From Eledone cirrhosa (taxonomy: Eukaryota): a stretch of DNA of 64,000 nt. This document shows positions 55,561 to 64,000 of the stretch, one piece after another. The notes beneath the pieces were generated by a model. That model searched no databases. It had not been told where the DNA came from and saw only the letters and a list, made by a program, of their open reading frames with translations. Position numbers and translations under genes: made by a program. The stretch is from positions 307,086,001-307,150,000 of the forward strand of contig OZ024740.1 of the NCBI GenBank assembly GCA_964016885.1, written 5' to 3'. How positions within the stretch are numbered: position 1 is the stretch's first letter; each line of letters starts with the position of its first letter.

Positions 55561-55905
55561 GAGCTGTTAATATATATTGTCAGCCAACAATTTTATGTAG
55601 TATTCTTAAGTTAAATTGCATGAAACCACAGTTGGTCTGAGAGCTGATGAGGTAAAAAGATGTTTGTGATCTTGTCTCATCCATTTTTTTTCCTTTTCTC
55701 CTTTCTTTCTATCACTTCTGCTGACCAACACACTTCTAGTTGTTGAATTCTCTCCTTTGAGGTAAATTTTACCCAATACTGTTATTGACAGGATTTTGCT
55801 GTTTTAACAGCTATTCTTGCGTCGAGTTTTCATTAATCTATGAATTCTAATACACTTGCACTCACTCCAACTCAAACTTTGAGAAAACTTTATATATATA
55901 TATAT

Positions 55906-55938
<33 letters not shown>

Positions 55939-56229
55939 TTCATTTTACGTCCGCTTTTCCCTGCTTGCAAGGGTGGGACGGGAACTGATTCTGGCTTGAT
56001 TTCTACAGCTGGATGCCCTTCCTAACACCAACCTCATTTACAGTGAGTGCTGGGTGCTTTTTTGCCATGGCACCTCCACGACCACTATACAGTGGAATGA
56101 TATGGACCCCAGTCCCTATCATCTCATTGCTACAGCTGAGTAAACTGGAGCAATGTGAAATAAAGTGTCTTGCTCAAGGAAACAACACACATATATATAT
56201 ATATATATTATATATAAAAATATATATTA

Positions 56230-56820
56230 TATATTGTTATGCTTTGGGAGGGTCATGTTGCCAATAAGAAACACATGCACCAGTTGCTTTCACTCCAATT
56301 TATTATAAATTAAATTCATAAATTTAAGAATTTATAAATTTCCGGTTGTTTGGTTGGTTCCACAACCGGACGGTTGTTCATATATTGTCAAAGTTCTTTC
56401 GTCACACATTCTCTGACCTCTTCAGTGACTAGGGATTCTTTTCTTTGTTTTTGTGCCTCTCCTTTGTTCTGCCCTATGCCATCTTGTTTTTGTGTGTGTT
56501 GTGTGCTTAGTTTGCACATGTGTTACATCCGGGTGTCTGTGTGTGTTTATATTTGTTTATTTATTTGTTTATTTACATGTTACTGGTTGGTTGTTTGTTC
56601 TATGTGTGTGTGTGTTTTCATTTTGTCCTTAATTGTAAGTTGTGATGTTGCTATTCCATTCATGTTTTCTATTTAATTTTGGTTGGTTGGAGTTCATTTA
56701 TGTTTATTGCCTCTTTTTATGTTTATTGGCAACATGACCCTCCCAAAGCATAACAATATCGGTTTCAACACACGTTTACAGATAAAGAATCTTTCTAAAC
56801 AAATTCAGAAACGAAATATA
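56230..56820. mobile_element. Penelope-type terminal-repeat family copy with hammerhead (56387-56429, minus) and a 37-bp fold-back
   Basis: Minus strand GTCA-CTGAAGA-GGTCAGAGAATGTGTGAC-GAAA-GAACTT-TGAC. Homologous to 62025-62497, 38330-38465 and 10280-10570. Confidence 0.7.
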
Positions 56821-56837
56821 TTATATATATATAATAT

Positions 56838-59108
56838 ATCATCATCTTCATCATCATCATCATTGTTTAACGTCCATCTTCCACGCTTGCATGGGTTTGG
56901 ACGGGAATTTTCCCACTTGAGGCAAGATTGGTTGTCTTGCTCATATAGGACTGTCTGGCGGATTTTCTACAGCTGGTAGCGCCAAAGATCTCGGTCCAGT
57001 GACATTGTCTTGGAGAGGTGTAAGTGTGTGAGGTCGGAATTTATCAAGTCGTCCCAGGTTTTTCTGGCTCTGCCTACTCCGTGGCTACCATCTATTTTTA
57101 TCGCCCTGCACTTTTTTATACAGCTGTTATCTTTCATGCGCATCACGTGACCATACCAACGTAGTCTTCTCTTGAGTAAACAACATCTGATCCCTCTTAT
57201 TCCTAATTTCTCCCTTAGTTCATTTACGCTTTGCCGTTCACGTATATTACTATTACACATCCAACGGAGCATGCAAGCTTCGTTCCTCTCCAGTCTGTGT
57301 ATATCCTCTGCACACAATGCCCAAGTCTCACTGCCATGTAACATTGCTGTTCGTATGCAGGCATCATACAGCCTGCCTTTCATTTTTAGAGAGAAACCTT
57401 TAGCGGCCAATAGTGGTATAAGCTCTCTGAACTTTTTCCATCCCGTTCTGACTCTAGCTACTGTACTTTCAGAGCACCCTCCATCACTGCTGATTTTGTC
57501 ACCCAGGTAATGGAAGGTGTCCACTATTTCTATAGAACCATCTGTGCAATGGAATGAGCTAGTATTTTGTGGGCACTTGCTGCTACTTATTGCACCTGAG
57601 CACCGGCCACATATAAAATCTATATTCTTAGTTAGCTTACTTGTGATCCCACTACATCTTTTATGCACCCATACTTTACATTTGGGACATAAAATGGAGT
57701 TTCTGCTTACTCCTTTCCTACACACTGAGCATGGCCATTTCGCAGATGGGACCAGTGCCCTATTTTCCTTCCTACAAACTAGAACTTTAGTCTTAGACAG
57801 GTTAATTTTAAGGCCTTTTGATTCTAGGCCATGCTTCCATGTTTGGAATTTCTTCTCTAGTTCAGCCATTGATTCAGCTATGAGCGTTAGATCATCTGCG
57901 TATAGGAGTTCCCATGGGCAGCTGGTCTTGAACTCCTCTGTTATATCCTGAAGAGCAATAATAAATAGGAGGGGGCTAAGGATAGAGCCCTGATGAACAC
58001 CAACTTTTACGCTAAACTCTTCACTATATTCGTTGTTAATTCTAACCTTGCTGACTGTTTCTTTATACATGGCTTGTATAGCTCTCACAAGCCATTCATC
58101 AACACCTAGTTTTCTGAGATCCCAACAGATAATGGAGCGGGTGACTCTGTCAAAGGCTTTCTTCAAGTCAACAAAAGCTAAGTATAGGGGTTTACTTTTA
58201 GCTAGGTACTTCTCCTTTAATTGTCGTACAATGAAAAGAGCGTCTGTGGTACTTTTACCTGACACAAACCCGAACAGCATTTCATCTAGATCAATTTGTT
58301 CTCTGATTAGTTGCGCTATTACTTTTTCTGTGACCTTCATGACCTGGTCAATTAATTTAATGCCTCTATAGTTTTCCCTATCTAGGGCATCTCCTTTACC
58401 CTTGTAGCAGTTAATGATGATGGTGCTACGCCAGTCCTTCGGAACGACCCCATTCTGTATGACTTGGTTTACTATCCGGGTGACCATAGTGTGTCCCACC
58501 ATTCCAGAGTCTTTCAGCATCTCAGCAACTATTTCTGAAGGCCCAGCCACCTTACCCGTCTTCATATCTTTGATCGCCTTACTTATTATACTACCTTCAA
58601 CTTGCACTGCTGGTCCCTCTATTGGATTGATGTGGGGGAGACTATCTTTCTCCCATTTATTTTCCAAGCTACCTTCTTATCAGCATCAGTGATGGCAAGT
58701 ACACCATCATCATTAAGGACACACTTCTCCCCGACAATATCACGGTTTTCCTTGACACATTGCCTAGCAATCCTGAACACCTCACGTTTTTGGTCCTCGC
58801 GTTGTAGAACATGCTTGAACTTTCTTTCCTCTGCTTCTCTTCTTGCAAAGTACACTTGTCTCCTAGCTTCCCTCCTAGCCACTTGATAGTCTTCTCTACT
58901 TCCTCCCATCCCGCCATACCTTCCAAGCCTACTTTTTGGCCTTGATTGACTCCTCCACCTTACTGTTCCACCACCAAGTTACTCTCCTCCTGCCTATAGG
59001 TCTGCTCCAGCCACAGATTTCATCTGTCGCCTTCAGCAGGTTAGCTTTCAGGAATTCCCACTGTTTCTCTATATTGTACGACTCTAATTGCTCTTCCTTA
59101 CTATCAAA
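56838..59108 (-). mobile_element. RTE family A, 5'-truncated; longest open RT frame (56967-58667, 566 aa)
   Basis: Complete RT motif series (NYRGI, FGF, FVDLKKAFD, QGSILSP, YADD, KTK, YLG) plus the C4HC3 finger. ~31-bp deletion/frameshift near 58660. 3' UTR deletion at ~56975 removes the native stop. Confidence 0.95.
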
Positions 59109-59111
59109 AGA

Positions 59112-59142
<31 letters not shown>

Positions 59143-60689
59143 TAAATTTATAATTATATATACTTATTAATATATATATTTGTATATATACATATATACA
59201 CACACACATATATAAACATTTAACAGACGTTACTTCAAACTTACACATTAAAAAAGTTCAAATCACTTTTCTGTTAATCCTTTCAAAGAAAAAAATAACG
59301 GGACCATTTATTTATTCTTTTTATTATTCATTTACTTATTCAAAGAAAAAAGAAGGCTTATGCTGGAGTTAAAACTTTTATAGCATGAAATAAGTTTATA
59401 ATGTGTAGTGCATTTGGTTTGACAAATCTGCTGAAGAATGTTGATTAGCCTTCTTTATCCCCAATCAATGTCATTTTTTTAAACCTTGACTTTCATCCAG
59501 GTGTACAATTTTTCGATTTTACAATATAGTAGTTGTTATTGTTATTCAGCACAAGGTTAGTCCTAGCTGAGAAGAGCTATGTTCAAAAGCATTCTAGCCA
59601 AGGTCTTCCCACATCTCTCACGGATACATTATCCAACCCATTCAAGCATGGAAACACGTTAAAATGATGATTATGATGATGATGATTTGACATACATCAT
59701 CATCATCATTCTTAATGTATGTCTGCTTTCCAAGCTGGCAAGGATTAGATGGGTTGTCATGGTACAAGATTAGACTGGTTGGAGATACCTCATCTTACTC
59801 ATACATTCCATATTTAGCATGGTTTCTATGATTGGATGTCCTCTCTAATGTCAACCACTTTACTCAGTGTACTGGGTTCATCAGCAAGAGGGCAGTGGGG
59901 ATAAGACATAACCGAAGATCTCCCCATAATTATGTGGGCAATGAAGTAACGTCTGTTAAATGTTTATATGTGATTGGAGATGATTTAGATAGTCAAGATA
60001 GGGGAACAAATGATGTGAAGGAAGGCAGATCAAGGTGGGGAAAATCAGACTAATAAGAGGCGAGGGAGAGCAACATATTAGCAGTGAGAGGGGTCCACAT
60101 TTTTTATACACTATCCTTCACAAGCTTGGTTTATTTTGATGCATATAGGGGTTGTTTGTCTCACACACACATATATTTATAAGTTAATTGAGGTGTGACA
60201 TGTGTTTTGTGATTGATCAGCTCAAAGTTTGATCTGTATTGATCAGGCCTGACTCTGGAATCAATATGATATACTATACTTAAACAGACCCACCTATACA
60301 CTAAGTGCTAAAGCTGGTGAACCAACAGTAATGTAAGGTTACAATCCATTAATATATATATATATATATTCCTATGATGCACCTCAACCACACTCATTCA
60401 CCAACACCACGGACAGTCCCTGTTACTCTGCCACCACTACAGCATACACACCTTCATTATACACCCTACATTCCAGCCCACTCCAACCTTCTTGATGAGA
60501 CCCTCCCCCCATTTTCCTCTTTTCTAACTTTTCTCCCACTCTCATTTCTTTTCTGATGAAGGACAAATGTCCAGTACATTGAAGTCACTTCTTTTTCCAT
60601 TTTATACAAGCACGAGTCTAAAAACCCATTTTGTAATTGTTCTCTGTGTTTGTTTTCACTGTTTTTTATTGTTGACCCTGCACTATATA

Positions 60690-61330
60690 TCATCATCCTC
60701 ATCACCATTATATGTCCACTTTTCCATGTTTGCTTTCATTGGATGGGTCTTTTTCAGCGCTGCATCCCTCCACTTGCCATGTTCCTTCATCATCGCATCT
60801 GTGAGCTTCAGTGATTTGAGATCAGCTAACACCACTTCTGCTCAGTTCTTCCTTGGTCTTCCTCTACTGTGGTTTCCTTCCATTAGGATTTCTTGGCACT
60901 TCTTCACTCAGCAATTATCATCCATATGCATTACAAGTCAATGTTAGCACAGTCTTCTCTCTTGTACGCTACATCTGATTTATCTTATGCCCAGTTACTC
61001 TCTCCATTCATCCATGCTTTATCATTCATGCATATTGACATTGTACATCCATTCAAGCATGCATCACTTCATTTCTCTCTAGCCTTCGTATATCCTCTGC
61101 CTTTACTGCCCATGTTTCACTACCATGCAGCATTGCTCATTGCACACAAGCCTGATACAACCAATCTTTTATTCATAGGGTGAAGCCTTTTGTTGTCAAC
61201 AGAAGTAGAAGCTTCCTGAACGTTTTCATCTTGTTTTCATTCTAGTTACTATGCTCACAGGGCACCTTCCTCCACTGTTAATTATATCACCTTGGTAGCA
61301 GAGTCTATCAGTCACTTCTATAGAACATTC
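60690..61330 (-). mobile_element. Old RTE family C-like 3' portion
   Basis: Degenerate match to 17229-17840. Confidence 0.8.
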
Positions 61331-61971
61331 CTGGGATTGGAAAAGATTTATATTTGTATATATTGTTGCTTGAAGGAATGTCATATGATGAAAGAAGGAG
61401 CTCTCGGTATATAAAAATAGAGGAAAATATTTATTTTTCATCAGAACAATCAAGCTCTGATACTGTCAGTTACATTTGAATTCCATCAGTTATCTACATT
61501 ATTGATAAAATCAATTATTGATGAAACATAGCTTACAGAATTCAAAATCATCAGGCAGCTGTGACTGCAAAAACTCAGCTTGAAGATAAAGAATAAATAA
61601 ATATATACATATATATGTGAGTTTGTGTATGTAAATACACACACACACACACAGACACACACGCATATATACATACATATACTATACGATAAATTTGGTA
61701 TAAATATCCAAGGGCTAGAGCATTCAGTCCATAGGACAAGATAAGATTTTTTTTAAAATTCATGACAGGCTGAATGAGTTAGGATGAATAACTCAATGAA
61801 ACTTAAGTACCTGTACATGTCACTGTTATAATTAATTATATATATATAATAATAATAATAACATTTGTACTGCCTCTTCGCTTCCACGTTTTTTGTTTTT
61901 TTTTGTTTTTTGTTCTCTGTTTACTTAAAATATATATATTGGACACTACCGTATATTTTGGTAGATTTATC

Positions 61972-62026
<55 letters not shown>

Positions 62027-62081
62027 CGTTTCTGAATTTGTTTAGCAAGATTCTTTATCTGAAATCGTGTGTTGAAACCGA

Positions 62082-62489
62082 TATTGTTATACTTTGGGAG
62101 GGTCATGTTGCCAATAAGAAACACACGCACCAGTTGCTTTCACTTCAATTTATTATAATAAATTTATAAATTTCTGGTTGGTTGGTTGGTTCCACAACCA
62201 GGTAGTTGTGTATATATTGTCATAGTTCTTTCGTCACACACTCTGTGACCTCACAGAAACAAAATCGCGTAGGACAGAACAAAGGAGAGGCACAAAAACA
62301 AAGAAAAGAATCCCCAGTCACTGAAGAGGTCACAGAGTGTGTGACGAAAGAACTATGACAATATATACACAACTACCTGGTTGTGGAACCAACCAACCAA
62401 CCAGAAATTTATAAATTTATTATAATAAATTGAAGTGAAAGCAACTGGTGCGTGTGTTTCTTATTGGCAACATGACCCTCCCAAAGTAT

Positions 62490-62497
<8 letters not shown>
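62082..62497. repeat. Inverted repeat with ~171-bp arms (62082-62252 / 62326-62497)
   Basis: Apparently perfect reverse complement. The right arm ends in (TA)n. Confidence 0.9.
62317..62359 (+). ncRNA. Minimal type-I hammerhead ribozyme candidate
   Basis: GTCA-CTGAAGA-G-GTCAC-AGAGTGT-GTGAC-GAAA-GAAC-TA-TGAC: core, 5-bp stem II, 4-bp stem I and minimal stem III, as in Penelope pLTR hammerheads. Confidence 0.7.
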
Positions 62498-62559
<62 letters not shown>

Positions 62560-63427
62560 TTAGTCCTTCATCAGTGATCTTCCAACCTTCATTGGTATTT
62601 CATTGCTTTAAAGACCATATACTTCCAGTTGGTGCGAGCAACGGCTAAAGAAAGTCGTTGGGACACGTAAATAAGGGGAACGAGCGAGACAGTAAACAAT
62701 CAAAGATGGTAATGCAACGAAAAGTGAGGAAGAAGGAGTCAAGTCCCTGAAATCGATGAACATAAGTTCTGTGAAATCGTAGACGAGAGAGAATAAAGAC
62801 CATCCGACCTGGTCAGAGTGTGCGTGAGGAAAATATATGTATATATGCAAAAATCTTTATCCATATGAACACTATTGACAATATTAATAGTAATGTAGAT
62901 TTTTGCCGAATGAGAAACTTGGATTCTTCTTGTGTGGTTATTTACATTGTTTAAAAATCCTGGAATTAGCAGAACCATCTGTTATTCTTGTTTTATAACA
63001 AGCAAGAAGTCAATCTGGCTTATATGTTCACCTGATTGGTAGGTGATCAAGTGGCTTGTTGGTTTCCTGAAATTAATGTTGTGAATTGTTCAGTCACATG
63101 CATCACAGAATTCTAGAAGTTTGATCCCTCATCATTTCTTGAACCATATCCATAGTCACCATGCACTCCAAATTATCTATATTATGATAAACAGATAATT
63201 ATTTCAATTTATCAGAAGAATAGCAACCATTTCTACCCATCCTAATATAAACAAAACAAGGTTTTCTAATAAATGTTATATGCTGTTGCAGAAAATGGAA
63301 AAATAATAATTTAGGTATTATCTCACTGTCTGAGCATGCTACTCTGATATTGTTTCAATAAGGATATTCCCTACCTCTATTTGTATTAATACTTTAAAAA
63401 TAATAATTTCCGTTATTAATTAGGACC

Positions 63428-64000
63428 GATATCTCTGGCGTTACGCAGTAATACAGAGGACCCGACTTCCCGATGAGTACAAGCCAAAGCTGAACCATAT
63501 AGACAATATACTCCCACCCCCTCCCACTGTAAAGTGGTCATGGAGGTGTCATGACAAAAAAGCACCCAGTCCATACTATAAAGTGGTCGTGTAGGCGCCA
63601 CGGTAAAAAAGCACCCAGCACTCACTGTAAATGAGGTTGGTGTTAGGAAGGGCATCCAGCTGTAGAAATCAAGCCAAAATCAGTTTCCATATGAGTAAGA
63701 CATGGTCAGCCAACCAGACATTGCCCACAACAGGACAACCTGTCTAATCCATGCTAGTGTGGAAGAATGGATGTAAAACGGGGATGAGGATGATGATGAT
63801 GATATCATCATCATCACCATTTTACGTCCGTTCTTCCACGCTAGCATGGGTTAGACGGGTTGTCCTGTTGTGGGCAGTGTCTGGTCGGCTGACCATGCCT
63901 TGCTCATACAGGAACTGATCTGGCTTGATTTCTACAGCTGGATGCCCTTCCTAACACCAACCTCATTTACAGTGAGTGCTGGGTGCTTTTTCGTGGCGCC
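63428..64000. mobile_element. Two RTE family B 3' ends, tail-to-tail (63428-63802 +, 63804-64000 -)
   Basis: ...GATGATGATATCATCATC... junction. The minus copy matches 20160-20355 and runs off the window. Confidence 0.9.

Noticed and set aside
56967-58667. 566-aa ORF as a functional or domesticated gene
   Set aside because: 5'-truncated RTE copy lacking the endonuclease, frameshifted upstream, with the native stop deleted. It is one of many similar copies.
57172-58886. Plus-strand ORFs overlapping RTE copies (recurrent ..LCRSRILLLHIQRSMQAS..)
   Set aside because: Antisense shadows of the RTE frame. They recur only because the element is repeated.
63537-63555. CATGG/TCATG as independent covariation support for pseudoknot stem 1
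   Set aside because: Both changes are CpG deaminations and can arise without selection, so they were not counted as evidence.

Overview
AT-rich, repeat-saturated eukaryotic DNA. The SINE/LINE repertoire looks like an octopod cephalopod, but that is inferred from recalled repeat families, not from a search. I found no intact, recognisable host gene. Almost all ORFs in the track are (TA)n microsatellite translations, antisense frames or decayed retroelement pieces. Content: about 20 copies of at least four RTE-clade LINE families (APE endonuclease + RT; (ATG)n tails, or (TAGA)n in one family), a CR1-type 3' end, two Penelope-like (RT/GIY-YIG) remnants, many Penelope-type terminal repeats with minimal hammerhead cores, and two tRNA-derived SINE families. 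Also present are a Gypsy-type 5' LTR with a tRNA-Trp PBS, several MITEs (piggyBac, hAT, Tc1/mariner/pogo) and a probable non-autonomous Helitron. Most notable: (1) the RTE RT carries an in-frame C4HC3 PHD-type finger; (2) RTE 3' UTRs contain tandem, covarying H-type pseudoknots alternating with hairpins whose loop (CUGUAAA) matches a tRNA-Tyr anticodon loop; (3) most RTE ends abut (TA)n tracts; (4) about 14 fold-back inverted duplications and several local direct duplications, many anchored on (TA)n tracts. Coordinates were read by eye and may be off by a few bases.
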